From the IMG/VR virus record IMGVR_UViG_3300002220_006884: a stretch of DNA of 20,000 nt; one strand, written 5' to 3'. This document shows positions 1 through 9,556 of this stretch, one piece after another. This DNA comes from an uncultured virus (IMG/VR IMGVR_UViG_3300002220_006884) (lineage: Duplodnaviria > Heunggongvirae > Uroviricota > Caudoviricetes). The position numbers and the translations under genes were made by a program. The notes below the pieces were generated by a model. That model saw nothing but the letters and a program-made list of their open reading frames with translations, had not been told where the DNA came from and ran no database searches. The stretch's first letter is position 1. Each line of letters starts with the position of its first letter.

Positions 1-378
1 TTGTGCAGAATAAACATGTAATGGAAGTGGAGTTTCATAAGCAGGATTTGCTATTTTTTCCATCCAATCTGCTGGAGCAAGAGGTAAATCTTCAAAATTA
101 AACAATTTTCCTGTGAATGATTGTTTGGCTATACCTTCAAAATCATCTTTAAATTGTTCTGATATTTCTAAATTATTTTCTCTGATAATTTTTTGCCATT
201 CATTAGCTTGCTTTGAATATGTTATTTGGGTTAAGTATCTAGCAATAGAATTTTGATAGCCTGAAGCAATCATTAAGAATAAGGCAATAGGAATATTGCC
301 TTTAGAACCAATAAAGTAAGTGTATTCTTCTTTGTGGTAATTATCTTCTTTTCTTATTCCTAATTTATTTAAATTCAT
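1..378 (-). CDS. Hypothetical protein, runs off the window edge (MNLNKLGIRKEDNYHKEEYTYFIG...)
   Basis: Translated by hand: ATG at 378 with AAAGGT upstream, 126 open codons to the window edge, directly after the stop of the 393-2387 gene. Not in the ORF track. Confidence 0.8.
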   Translation of the reverse strand, partial: MNLNKLGIRKEDNYHKEEYTYFIGSKGNIPIALFLMIASGYQNSIARYLTQITYSKQANEWQKIIRENNLEISEQFKDDFEGIAKQSFTGKLFNFEDLPLAPADWMEKIANPAYETPLPLHVYSAQ

Positions 379-392
379 ATGTATGTAACCTT

Positions 393-2387
393 TTAAAAAA
401 AATGATTAAACTCAGTTAGTGTGTTAGCTTTTCTTGTTCTATTAAATCCATTATCATTTTGAGATAATGTTGAATCAATAATGTTGTCTTTTTTCATTTG
501 TTCCCATGCCATATTTTTCAATTCAAAAAAATTATAATCAAGGTTGGTAAAAATATCTGCATAATGAAATGGTTTTTTTGCTATGGCTGAGCATAATCTA
601 AACATATTGGCTTGATATGGTCCAGACCAATTAATAGAGTTGATTTCAATGGGAACAACTGATTGATGTTCGTCAGACCAAGCAATATCTAATACATAGT
701 TTTTATACTCTGGATACTTTTCTTTCATTTCTTTACAAAATGTTCTTAAAAATTTAGCATATTGAAATGTCCTATTCCTATCAATGTTTGTATCTGTAGC
801 GTTGTGTCCATCAGACAATCTTGGATCAAATCTTCCATTTAACCAACAATTGAGTGGGACAGTATTTCTAAAGCAAGCTGTCGTTGAAACAGGTTTATGA
901 TCAATAATGAAGGTTCTATATTCATTTTGTAAATTTAAAACTTCACTAACAAAAAAACATTTTAAATCACGAGTAAACCAATGGCTAAATAGGTTTCCCT
1001 CTAAGTTATAATCAAATATTAATTTACTATTTAGTAAAGTAAAAAGTAAAGATTCTGTGAAGAAGTTTAAAAATGAAAGATGACTATACTTAGGTTCCTC
1101 TTGATACTTCCGAATTACATCTAAAGGGTTAAAAAATGTTAATGATTTATGTGAGCCATTATTCTTTTTGAAAAATCCAAGAGAAGAGTCTTTTTTGGGA
1201 TTAATTATTTCACAATGAGTTTTGTGAGCAATTGTTTTGTAAAAAAAAGAGCAAACATTAAGTACTTCATCTGTTTGAACATTTGAAAATTCAAAATCGT
1301 GACTACAATAATTATTATTAATTAATTCATCTAAGTTAGTTTTTTGATTTTCGGTTAAAATTTCTTTTGTTTGATTCAATAAAAATAAAGCTAAATCACG
1401 AAAGCTAGCTAAAAAATTATTTCTTTTGCAGTATTTTTGGAATACTTCATTTTCCCAAAAGTTTTCAACATTAATATTAGTTAATGGATTTATTTTACAG
1501 TCTTCTTTTTGTGATAAAAGCAATGCTGGAACAAATGAATTGCCTTTAGGAACTCCTAATATAAAATCAAAATCATTTTTATTTAATTGAGAAAATTTTT
1601 CCCAGGCCAAAGTATCTCTACTAATAGGAGCAGTTAGCGTATATACATCACCAAAAGTTGTTTCTCCAATAAAAAAACAATCACCATATTGAGTGGAGGC
1701 AATAATAAAAGAAATTTCATCAGAAATATGATGGAAAAGTCCTCTAGACTTAATTTTAACCCAATCATCATTAGGCCATGGAAAAGAAAAGTTAGAAAGA
1801 GGTATGATTAAGTCTTTTAAATCAAATAAATTATTTGGACTTAAATTTTTTAAATTTAAAGTGGTGTTTTGGTTTTTTTGATAATGAAACTTTTCAAAAG
1901 TAATGTCTGGAATATTATTTTTATTCCGAATATAATTATTAATGTAAAGAGTTTGCCATAATAAGTTACTAGATTCAATATTTGTATCTTTAGGTAACCA
2001 TTTTGTAAAATCTTCAATTAATAGTGGATTAATCAATCCACCTTCTAAATAAACTCCAAATTTAATATTTTCAGTAAGATTATATGGTGAGTTATCTGTT
2101 AATTCAATAATTCGGTGAAATAATCCAAGAGAAAAAGTATAAGTAATTAACTTACCAAAAGAAAATGAGTCAAGATTGTAAGTGGAATAAATATTTACTT
2201 TAGAAAGAAAATCTATGATTTTCTCATTTAAAGTATTAGTTGATTTTAATTCTATTTTAGTGAATTTAGTATCAATTAAGAATTGAATAAGCCAATATTC
2301 TAAGGTTGTAGTATTAAATGGATTATTCTGAGATAAAACTTTAATATTTTTATTATTTAGGTGAGTTAAATTAAAATTTAAAAGCAT
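393..2387 (-). CDS. Large protein with C-terminal ATP-grasp domain, R2K-clade-like
   Basis: 664 aa ORF. C-terminal motifs FFVSEV..LQNEYRTFIIDHKPV, YVLDIAW and VVPIEINSINWSGPY match the ATP-grasp EYR..V / xxDI / ExN pattern. N-terminal part unrecognised. Confidence 0.65.
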   Translation of the reverse strand: MLLNFNLTHLNNKNIKVLSQNNPFNTTTLEYWLIQFLIDTKFTKIELKSTNTLNEKIIDFLSKVNIYSTYNLDSFSFGKLITYTFSLGLFHRIIELTDNSPYNLTENIKFGVYLEGGLINPLLIEDFTKWLPKDTNIESSNLLWQTLYINNYIRNKNNIPDITFEKFHYQKNQNTTLNLKNLSPNNLFDLKDLIIPLSNFSFPWPNDDWVKIKSRGLFHHISDEISFIIASTQYGDCFFIGETTFGDVYTLTAPISRDTLAWEKFSQLNKNDFDFILGVPKGNSFVPALLLSQKEDCKINPLTNINVENFWENEVFQKYCKRNNFLASFRDLALFLLNQTKEILTENQKTNLDELINNNYCSHDFEFSNVQTDEVLNVCSFFYKTIAHKTHCEIINPKKDSSLGFFKKNNGSHKSLTFFNPLDVIRKYQEEPKYSHLSFLNFFTESLLFTLLNSKLIFDYNLEGNLFSHWFTRDLKCFFVSEVLNLQNEYRTFIIDHKPVSTTACFRNTVPLNCWLNGRFDPRLSDGHNATDTNIDRNRTFQYAKFLRTFCKEMKEKYPEYKNYVLDIAWSDEHQSVVPIEINSINWSGPYQANMFRLCSAIAKKPFHYADIFTNLDYNFFELKNMAWEQMKKDNIIDSTLSQNDNGFNRTRKANTLTEFNHFF

Positions 2388-2390
2388 ATT

Positions 2391-2573
2391 TTAAAACATT
2401 GCTGCCATTTCTGATTTTCCAGCTTTAATCCCACGTTCATATGCTTCACGTTGATAAAAGTCAATCATGCGAGAAAGGGTATCATGAATTTTACCTTGAC
2501 CAATAGAAATACAAATTTCACCAACCCAAAAAGAAATTTGTTCTTTGCGAGATTTTTGAAGAATATGTTCCAT
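2391..2573 (-). CDS. Small hypothetical protein
   Basis: 60 aa ORF with AAAGGT RBS, 3 nt from the next gene start. Confidence 0.75.
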   Translation of the reverse strand: MEHILQKSRKEQISFWVGEICISIGQGKIHDTLSRMIDFYQREAYERGIKAGKSEMAAMF

Positions 2574-2683
2574 TATTTACCTTTAGTTAATTTTTTAAAA
2601 TTGAATTGTATCATAATTAAGTTGATTCCAATTTATTTTTTTGATAATTAATTGAAATACAATGAATATGAAAGAAAATTAAT

Positions 2684-3553
2684 ATGAAAAACAAGAGAAT
2701 TTTATATAAAAAATTATTAACAACAGTTGTTTTAATGACTTGTAGCCAGGCTTTCTCCACAACATGTACAGATATATCAGGACACTACTTTATAGGAGGG
2801 GTAACCCCTTCTTTGGCTCCTGGAATAGAGTCAGTTCTTGAGGCAATGAAGATTAGTAATGGTGGACTTGCAGATAGTGAAATTAAAATTAATAATTCAG
2901 ATACAGAAATTTCATTATGGATAAAGCGGGGTAGAAATAATAACTTTAGGGTTTCGCCAGATGTTCAATTACAAAATACAATAGATTTTGAATGTAAAGG
3001 AAAATCGGTTTTTTTAAAAACAACTCCACGTTCAGGAAAAAAGTTAGAAAATATATATTTAAAAGGTATATCTACAGTAAGATTAGAAAAAAATAACTCT
3101 CAAGGGTTAACACTTATATCTGAGTTTATTGGGAGTGAACAAGTAGGAATATACTCATATGAATCAGCAAACATATCAATTAACAAACTAGGAACAAAAC
3201 AAATTATTAGAGATACAATTTTGTGGCCTATTTTCTCAGAAGATTTACTATCAAAACCTGCACAAGTTGTTATTCCAGAAAATAAAGATATTGAAGCTGT
3301 TAGAAAATTACTGAGTGTTTCAGTAATGGGCAATATACCTATTGGTGGAATTAGAAAAGAAAAAAGTGAAGTTATCGTTACCTTAAATATTCCAAAAGAA
3401 AAAGATATTAAATCATTAGAAAATCGTTTAGTTCAAGCAAAAATTGATTACAGAATAAAAGAGCAACCTAAGTGGTCTGATAGGGGATATTACACCTTAA
3501 TAGTTGTTCAGCCTAAACCTCTTGCATCATATAGTAGTGAAGTTAAAAACTAA
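2684..3553 (+). CDS. Exported hypothetical protein with signal peptide
   Basis: 289 aa. Basic N-terminus, hydrophobic stretch and SQA cleavage-like site, followed by CTDISGHY. Confidence 0.75.
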   Translation: MKNKRILYKKLLTTVVLMTCSQAFSTTCTDISGHYFIGGVTPSLAPGIESVLEAMKISNGGLADSEIKINNSDTEISLWIKRGRNNNFRVSPDVQLQNTIDFECKGKSVFLKTTPRSGKKLENIYLKGISTVRLEKNNSQGLTLISEFIGSEQVGIYSYESANISINKLGTKQIIRDTILWPIFSEDLLSKPAQVVIPENKDIEAVRKLLSVSVMGNIPIGGIRKEKSEVIVTLNIPKEKDIKSLENRLVQAKIDYRIKEQPKWSDRGYYTLIVVQPKPLASYSSEVKN

Positions 3554-3805
3554 GCTGTTAAGTTTTATTAAATATATAAATTTTATCATTATTTTGAGTA
3601 ATTTAAAAAAATAAATAGAATTAATTAGTTAAAAATAGTATCGTGGAACATATGAAAACTAAAGGTATTAAAATGAATAATCTTTTAACTAACATTAATA
3701 TTTCTCAACAAATTTTAAATAAAATTAATCAGTATTATGAATAATGAAAAGTTACCAAAAATGTTGAAACTAAATTAAATAAACCAAAGATTTAATTTTT
3801 TCTAG

Positions 3806-4045
3806 TTATGAAATTAGAAACAAGAAAAAAAGAATGATTAGTATTGTAGTGATTGGTCGGGTTCTACAAAATCCATTGGTTATTTGAGCACCATCCATTA
3901 AATAGTAAAGAGGCTTATTAGGATGTGAAGATTTTATATGGAAGCATAAAGAAGTTAAATCTTCATTACTTACATTATCCTTATTCGATGTAAGATTATT
4001 GTAGTTGGAAGATAATGATGAAGGTATATGATGAATGATTGTCAT
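3806..4045 (-). CDS. Small hypothetical protein with hydrophobic C-terminus
   Basis: 79 aa ORF with a clear AGGAG RBS upstream of the ATG. Could be a gene remnant. Confidence 0.55.
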   Translation of the reverse strand: MTIIHHIPSSLSSNYNNLTSNKDNVSNEDLTSLCFHIKSSHPNKPLYYLMDGAQITNGFCRTRPITTILIILFFLFLIS

Positions 4046-4220
4046 AACACTCTCCTATTTGTTTAGAACTTCAGTGTGTCAATAAATAAACTGTGTGTCT
4101 GTATGCTAGCACACATAATATATTGATGCAACCACATTTAAGAGTATTAATTTTAATATGTATTAAAAAAAAGTAAATAAAATAGTAAAAAATGAAATTT
4201 AACATTTTTAAAAAATATAG

Positions 4221-4229
4221 TGATATAAT
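4221..4229 (+). promoter_or_regulatory. Extended -10 promoter
   Basis: TGATATAAT about 30 nt upstream of ATG 4261. Confidence 0.55.
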
Positions 4230-4260
4230 GAAGATATTAAATAATTTGAAAGATTAAATC

Positions 4261-4605
4261 ATGTTAAAAACAATGAGTTTATCAGGAGTTTCACTTGATT
4301 GGGCTGTAGCAAAAGCTAAGAATTGGGTTGAAGACTCAGATGTTGAATGGTTTTTAAAAGAGAAACCATATTGTGTTTCAACAGATGAATCAAAAGGAAA
4401 GTCAATTATTGATAGTGAAAAAATTGAATTTTTCACACAAGATTCATGGCAAGATATTCATGGGAATTTTTATTCAATTCCTTCTGCAAAACATCCATTA
4501 GGGAACAAGATTTTTCAAGGTGAAACAAAATTGGAAGCTGCTATGAGATGTATTGTTCATGCATACTTAGGAGATGAAGTTAATATTCCATCATTGATTA
4601 AATAA
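4261..4605 (+). CDS. Phage NinX/DUF2591-like protein
   Basis: Motifs LSGxxLDWAVAKA, STD...IIDxEKI and GETKLEAAMRCIV..LGDEVxIP are typical of this phage family. Confidence 0.7.
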   Translation: MLKTMSLSGVSLDWAVAKAKNWVEDSDVEWFLKEKPYCVSTDESKGKSIIDSEKIEFFTQDSWQDIHGNFYSIPSAKHPLGNKIFQGETKLEAAMRCIVHAYLGDEVNIPSLIK

Positions 4606-4641
4606 TGGGTAGTATTTATTGAACAAATCAGGATAAAAAAT

Positions 4642-4831
4642 ATGAAATTTTCATCTTTAATTGCTTTAACCATGATGTCGCTTTCATTGAATGTGTATGC
4701 ATTCAATGAATATACTAAAAGAAAAATATGAAAGAGTGGATTGTAATGATTGGGTTAGTCCTCAAGAAATTCACGAAACTAAATCATTAAATCAGGAGGA
4801 TATTAAAGAAAAACAATGTCGTATTGATTAA
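4642..4831 (+). pseudogene. Possibly frameshifted small exported protein
   Basis: Signal-peptide-like MKFSSLIALTMMSLSLNVYA with an AGGA RBS stops after 29 aa. Removing one A from the ACTAAAAGAAAAA run continues the frame as EKYERVDCNDWVSPQE...CRID*. Confidence 0.4.
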
Positions 4832-4950
4832 TACAAACTTTAAGATTCTTGCTTATTAATTAAATAATAGAGTTTCTTAATCAAAACAAAAAAAATTTAA
4901 GAATAATTTATGCTATAATAACATCAATCTAAACATCCAAGAGATATAAA

Positions 4951-5079
4951 ATGACAATTAAAGAATTTCAACCAAACAAGACAATTGGATCAAAATCTGT
5001 TAACTGTGCATATCTGAAAACAAATATTAATGCAGAAAAGATGAATGAAATATACACAAATAAACAAACTAATCAATAA
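4951..5079 (+). CDS. Small hypothetical protein (42 aa)
   Basis: ATG..TAA ORF MTIKEFQPNK... with GAGA upstream and a TGCTATAAT promoter at 4911-4919. Confidence 0.4.
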   Translation: MTIKEFQPNKTIGSKSVNCAYLKTNINAEKMNEIYTNKQTNQ

Positions 5080-5145
5080 GTTTGGTCTAAAAAATTTAAC
5101 ACTAGAATAATTCAGCACATAAATTTAATAATTAAGGAATATATT

Positions 5146-5547
5146 ATGCATAATTTCACAACAAAAACACTTGTTGGTTTTTCTATTATTGGCAAAATGA
5201 ATATGAGCAATGTAGCATTTCTTCTTATGGGGCAATATGATTTAGAAATGAAGTGTGCTTTCTTTTACACACATATGAAAAAACCCCCAACAAGCCTTGA
5301 GGATTTGGAAGTTCCTGAAGTATTAGAGACATTGGAACGGTTTAAAGATATGTATCGGAAAGACGTTCAGATGATTTTTGCTCAAGCCGCTAAAGAAGAT
5401 AAGCATCAACTTTTAGATAGTTTGAAAAATACCAATAAACCACATGAAATGGGAACTGTTACAGAAATTGCATTAAAATATAATGTGTCAAAAAGTGAGG
5501 TTCGTCGTCGCAAATTAGAGGGAACCTTAGCTGAATTGGCTGTTTAA
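5146..5547 (+). CDS. Hypothetical protein with C-terminal helix-turn-helix-like motif
   Basis: 133 aa, AAGGA RBS, C-terminal TVTEIALKYNVSKSEVRRR. Confidence 0.7.
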   Translation: MHNFTTKTLVGFSIIGKMNMSNVAFLLMGQYDLEMKCAFFYTHMKKPPTSLEDLEVPEVLETLERFKDMYRKDVQMIFAQAAKEDKHQLLDSLKNTNKPHEMGTVTEIALKYNVSKSEVRRRKLEGTLAELAV

Positions 5548-5563
5548 TATTTAAAGAAAATAT

Positions 5564-5638
5564 CGGTCTATAGTACAACGGATAGTGCAGTTGCCTTCTA
5601 AGCAATGAATGTGGGTTCGATTCCTGCTAGACCGACCA
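5564..5638 (+). tRNA. trnR: tRNA-Arg(UCU)
   Basis: Cloverleaf: acceptor CGGTCTA/TAGACCG, anticodon arm GTTGC-CTTCTAA-GCAAT, T-loop TTCGATT, encoded CCA. Confidence 0.95.
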
Positions 5639-5642
5639 AGTT

Positions 5643-5674
5643 AAAAGCCTAAATGTTTATATTTGGGCTTTTTT
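5643..5674 (+). terminator. Intrinsic terminator
   Basis: AAAAGCCTAAAT...ATTTGGGCTTTTTT hairpin plus T-run immediately after the tRNA. Confidence 0.75.
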
Positions 5675-5754
5675 AGTATAAAAATATACAATTATGATAT
5701 TTAATAAACATTATTAGATATATAATAAAGAATGACTTTTAAGATTGGATTGTT

Positions 5755-6297
5755 ATGAAAATTGGAATTGAAATTAAATCTATTGGTTATACACATGATT
5801 ATGGAGATTTAATTGGAGATTATGAAAAATATATTCGTGAATTTTCTGAAGAAGATTTAAGTGGTTTGAATGTATTAAATTTAAAATATTTCTCACCAAA
5901 TACTTGGTCATCAATTCTTAATAATGAAGTTTTTAACATTGTTCAATTTAAAGAACTGATGGAATTAACAACTTATGAGTGTCCATACACTCAACGTAAT
6001 TATACTGCATTGGTTCCTATATCTATCTGGTCAAAAGATGTAGAAAAATACTTTTCAACAAGTAGAAATAATTATATAAAAGATATGGCCTGCGACAAAG
6101 AGTGGAACTTAAGAGATGTTGAGTTGTCTAGCTTTAAAAATATTGAATTGTCTAATATTCAAAAATTGCTATTGGGTTCTGGATATACTTATGGAACATC
6201 AATAAATGATGGTTCAAATAGTGTTGTTCCAGTTTTCATTGATTTAGATAATGGCGACTTAATGTATGCTGCCACCTTTGTTTGGCATAATAAATAA
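5755..6297 (+). CDS. Hypothetical protein
   Basis: 180 aa ORF with GGA RBS. Confidence 0.8.
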   Translation: MKIGIEIKSIGYTHDYGDLIGDYEKYIREFSEEDLSGLNVLNLKYFSPNTWSSILNNEVFNIVQFKELMELTTYECPYTQRNYTALVPISIWSKDVEKYFSTSRNNYIKDMACDKEWNLRDVELSSFKNIELSNIQKLLLGSGYTYGTSINDGSNSVVPVFIDLDNGDLMYAATFVWHNK

Positions 6298-6323
6298 AAT
6301 AAATATTGATATATTCTTTCATT

Positions 6324-6716
6324 TTATTCCTTCTCATTAAATTTTAAATAATGGTTTCTAAAATTAATTAAATCAAGACAAGAATCAGAATCATCTTGAG
6401 GTCCATAGTTAGTAATGAATTTTTCATTACTAACTATTTGAAAATCAAAAGCTTCCCCATTATATTTAAAAAGAACAATTTCCAAACTATCTTTAATCAC
6501 ATTAAAATAAGATTTGTAAAAATTAATAAATAGTTGAAAATCATTATGTGTAATGAAAACATAAGCATAAATATTAATATTGTTTTCTTTATTTTCATCA
6601 CACCATATTTCAAATACAGGAAGGTTATCATTAGTTAGTCCTAAAGAAATAATAGGACCATCATAATAAAGAATATCCTTTAAAAATTTAAAATCTATTA
6701 GTTTATTTATTTTCAT
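6324..6716 (-). CDS. Hypothetical protein
   Basis: ORF track gives 6324-6752. The start at 6716 (MKINKL) is preferred because AAGGA lies upstream and it avoids the overlap. Confidence 0.75.
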   Translation of the reverse strand: MKINKLIDFKFLKDILYYDGPIISLGLTNDNLPVFEIWCDENKENNINIYAYVFITHNDFQLFINFYKSYFNVIKDSLEIVLFKYNGEAFDFQIVSNEKFITNYGPQDDSDSCLDLINFRNHYLKFNEKE

Positions 6717-6735
6717 TTTGGTAGTCCTTAGTTTA

Positions 6736-7317
6736 TTATTTAAAGTGTTCATTTTTATATTTAACTAACCAATCATGAGCAAATTTAGCTTCAGCTTTCC
6801 AACGAGGAATATATTGTTCAAATCCACCTACTTTTCCCCAATTTTCACTAATGAAATCATCAGGATTAATTTCATAATTGTCTAAACTTAAAATTGCTTC
6901 TTCGATACTTTTTTCATTATATTTACCAAATGCTCCATTGATTTTATAAGCAGAGTGCTTTCCTATGCCTGGCATAGTATTAATTCCAAGTAAAGATTCT
7001 GCTTGACACTTAGAGCATGAACAAGCAACACATGTGCAATCACCTACATGATAAGATTGTAATTCTTCAAGATAATGTTCTAATAGAGTATCACATCTTT
7101 TATCAATGGGAGACTTATCATCAGAAAAGTAATAGTCGGTATCAACTTCTTTTCTAGCCTTTTCTAAGTTGAAATATTTTTCTTCTAAATACATGGAGGC
7201 ACTTGAAAGTAATTCTTCCATTTCCGAAATTTTTATTTTAAGCCATAATTCCTTTTTTTCATATTCTTCTAGGTCAATAGTGGTGTAAAGTGGATTTTTG
7301 TTATAGTTAATTTTCAT
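6736..7317 (-). CDS. Hypothetical phage protein with His/Cys cluster (HVGDCTCVACSCSKC), possible metal binding
   Basis: 193 aa ORF with AAGGA RBS. Confidence 0.8.
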   Translation of the reverse strand: MKINYNKNPLYTTIDLEEYEKKELWLKIKISEMEELLSSASMYLEEKYFNLEKARKEVDTDYYFSDDKSPIDKRCDTLLEHYLEELQSYHVGDCTCVACSCSKCQAESLLGINTMPGIGKHSAYKINGAFGKYNEKSIEEAILSLDNYEINPDDFISENWGKVGGFEQYIPRWKAEAKFAHDWLVKYKNEHFK

Positions 7318-7346
7318 TTTAATTCCTTAATTTAATTGTTATATAT

Positions 7347-7745
7347 TTAATTTATTGTGACTTCAATTGTTTCTGTTGGAAGTTGATTCTTTTCATACTC
7401 AAAGAGTTCATCCCAAGTGGCAGAAAAATAGTCATACTCATCTCGACCATAAGGGTGTTCTTGAATCCAGGTTAAACGAATTCCGTTTTCATCAATATCA
7501 ACCTCACTAGGTTCAAGATATCCACCCCAACGAGAACGAGGGCAAGAATTGGCACTAATAGATAAATCATGAGCAAACCCCATATATTTTTCTTTAATTG
7601 CTTCAATTTCTTTTTCAACAGCATAAATTTGTGAGTTCATGTTTTTTTCAATAGTGGAAATTTCTGAATATAATTCAGCAGTTTTATCTTTCTTTTCTTG
7701 GGTAAGTTTTTTGAGTTGAGAAAAATGTTGATTAATAATGTTCAT
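7347..7745 (-). CDS. Hypothetical protein, N-terminal coiled coil
   Basis: 132 aa ORF with AGGA RBS. Confidence 0.8.
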   Translation of the reverse strand: MNIINQHFSQLKKLTQEKKDKTAELYSEISTIEKNMNSQIYAVEKEIEAIKEKYMGFAHDLSISANSCPRSRWGGYLEPSEVDIDENGIRLTWIQEHPYGRDEYDYFSATWDELFEYEKNQLPTETIEVTIN

Positions 7746-7759
7746 AATAATATCCTAAG

Positions 7760-8209
7760 TTAATTTCCATATTTAGCTTGTAATTGAGCAAGTTGAGCAC
7801 GCTCAATCTGTTCAAAACGTTCTCTTTCTTTTTGTTTCTTTAGTGAATCTTCTTGTTCTTTTTTTAATTTAATTGCTGTATCTTTTTGAATTTGGATTTT
7901 TTTTAATTCTTCATATTTTTTATCTGATATATCTCTAATTAAGTCTGATTCTTCATCAATATATAAAAGTTCTTCTTTAGATAAAAAATCATGATATTCA
8001 TCTTCATTTAAACCATTAATTAAAATCGTAAATTCAGTATCTTCATTATTAAATTTATTTTCACCCATAGCGTCACCAGCACTTTTAGTATCAGTAAAAT
8101 ATTGAATTTTTAATTCAGATTCTTTGCCACTATTGTAATCACCACAACGGTCATGCCATCCCTCTTCACCAGGAATATAAGTAATTAATGTATAGATATT
8201 TTGTTTCAT
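7760..8209 (-). CDS. Hypothetical protein, C-terminal coiled coil
   Basis: ORF track gives 7760-8257. ATG at 8209 (MKQNIY) follows AAGGAG. Confidence 0.8.
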   Translation of the reverse strand: MKQNIYTLITYIPGEEGWHDRCGDYNSGKESELKIQYFTDTKSAGDAMGENKFNNEDTEFTILINGLNEDEYHDFLSKEELLYIDEESDLIRDISDKKYEELKKIQIQKDTAIKLKKEQEDSLKKQKERERFEQIERAQLAQLQAKYGN

Positions 8210-8228
8210 TTGATTTCTCCTTTTAAGT

Positions 8229-8528
8229 TTAACGAACAAAGTTTTGCACACTAACATCTACACTGTTAAGGTGTATAAAAATGTTAAATACAAAGTGGTA
8301 TAGCTCTAATGTAAGAATAACATTAGAGAAAATAGAACGAGATAATTTTTTGCTAGTGAAAGCAAAATTTAAAATAAAGTGTTTTGTTTTTTCTACAAGG
8401 ATAATACTGAGAAGTATTCCAATAGTAGAGAGGATGTATAAATATAAAGAATGAGAAATAATTTTTACATATTGTAAAAACTTAAAGCCAGTTTGTGTTT
8501 GAAACACATTTGGGAAAATCTACATCAT
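8229..8528 (-). pseudogene. Membrane-protein gene interrupted by an early TAG, or a short GTG-start CDS (8229-8507)
   Basis: AAGGT RBS then ATG ATG TAG, in frame with the downstream hydrophobic 92 aa ORF. Confidence 0.45.
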
Positions 8529-8561
8529 TTTATTTACCTTTTAAAGTTTATTAGTGTGACT

Positions 8562-8591
8562 ATTATATTACTAAAATGAAATAAAAGTCAA
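8562..8591 (-). promoter_or_regulatory. Sigma70-like promoter for the leftward operon
   Basis: TTGACT-18nt-TATAAT on the minus strand. Confidence 0.65.
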
Positions 8592-8691
8592 CAAGTTTTT
8601 TTATAAAATATAAAACTTATTAAAAAATGTGTTAATATGTTATAGCTTTGAAGCACAACATCGTAAAGCCAGTTAATTTAGGATATAAAAT

Positions 8692-9093
8692 ATGATAAAA
8701 GAAATTGATATATATAATGAATATATAGAAAAAATGAGATTACAAATTAATCAAGTTATGGAAAAACTTTATATCTTTAAAAAAGAAGATAATAATACCG
8801 GAATGAACGAATGTAGTGATTTAGCTCAATTAGTTATGAGATTAGGAACAGTAAGTGAGAAATTAAGGCCTTATACAAATAATAGGACACCAATACAATA
8901 TCAATTGATTGATGATTGGATTGATATAATTGATGTTAAAAAATTAGACTGTTTATTTTTAACTGCTTTTTTAAGATACACCTTTGTTGCTAAAAATGGA
9001 TTAAAAAATTGGAGTAAATTAAGAGATGAAACTGCAATAAAAATAGATTCAATAGGGAAAAATAGTAAAAGTTTGCTAAGGGGTTTGTTTTAA
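8692..9093 (+). CDS. Hypothetical protein
   Basis: 133 aa ORF with AGGA RBS. Confidence 0.8.
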   Translation: MIKEIDIYNEYIEKMRLQINQVMEKLYIFKKEDNNTGMNECSDLAQLVMRLGTVSEKLRPYTNNRTPIQYQLIDDWIDIIDVKKLDCLFLTAFLRYTFVAKNGLKNWSKLRDETAIKIDSIGKNSKSLLRGLF

Positions 9094-9200
9094 AAATAGA
9101 AATAGTTGGTTATTATATCTTCAAAGACTTTCAGGTTTTTTTAGAATGAGCAAGAACATTAGGATTTTTATCAAAATCATCTTAAAAAAATACAATTTAA

Positions 9201-9209
9201 TGATATAAT
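9201..9209 (+). promoter_or_regulatory. Extended -10 promoter for tRNA-CAU
   Basis: TGATATAAT 13 nt upstream of the tRNA. Confidence 0.6.
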
Positions 9210-9222
9210 CATTGAATTGAAT

Positions 9223-9299
9223 GCGACATTAGCTCAGTTGGTTAGAGCAAAGGACTCATAATCCTTGGGTCGCTGGTTCGAACCCAGCATGTCGCACCA
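9223..9299 (+). tRNA. tRNA with CAU anticodon (elongator Met or lysidine-type Ile2)
   Basis: GCGACAT/ATGTCGC acceptor (G1-C72 paired, so not initiator), AAGGA-CTCATAA-TCCTT, TTCGAAC, CCA. Confidence 0.92.
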
Positions 9300-9382
9300 A
9301 ATTTATTTAGATATGTTAGAAGTTGAGATTGTCAGACTAGAATAATTAAAAAAATAAATTTTTAAATAATTTTTAAAAGTAG

Positions 9383-9412
9383 TAGACAAAAATATAAAAG
9401 TTGATGTATAAT
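9383..9412 (+). promoter_or_regulatory. Sigma70-like promoter of the tRNA operon
   Basis: TAGACA-18nt-TATAAT with an AT-rich upstream region. Confidence 0.65.
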
Positions 9413-9441
9413 TCTTTCATCGGTTAATTAATTAATCAATA

Positions 9442-9452
9442 GCTCTTTAAAA
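9442..9452 (+). promoter_or_regulatory. boxA-like antitermination site
   Basis: GCTCTTTAAAA versus rrn boxA consensus GCTCTTTAACA, located in the leader between the promoter and the first tRNA. Confidence 0.6.
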
Positions 9453-9469
9453 ATTGAAGATAATCAAAA

Positions 9470-9556
9470 GCCTTGGTGGTGAAATAGGTAGACACAAGAG
9501 ACTTAAAATCTCTCGCTTTAAACGGCATGCCGGTTCGATTCCGGCCCAAGGCACCA
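9470..9556 (+). tRNA. trnL: tRNA-Leu(UAA)
   Basis: GCCTTGG/CCAAGGC, AGAGA-CTTAAAA-TCTCT, long variable arm, TTCGATT, CCA. Confidence 0.95.

Noticed and set aside
2451..4436. ORFs 2451-2651(+), 3100-3333(-) and 4254-4436(-)
   Set aside because: They overlap better-supported genes on the opposite strand and lack clear RBSs.
8507..8528. Genome-wide TAG recoding, suggested by an in-frame TAG after ATG ATG and by exclusive TAA stops
   Set aside because: Long genes (664, 828 and 406 aa) are uninterrupted in the standard code and no CUA suppressor tRNA is present. A single TAG is better explained as a nonsense mutation.
9223..9299. Initiator tRNA-fMet
   Set aside because: G1-C72 is paired and the anticodon stem lacks the three consecutive G-C pairs.
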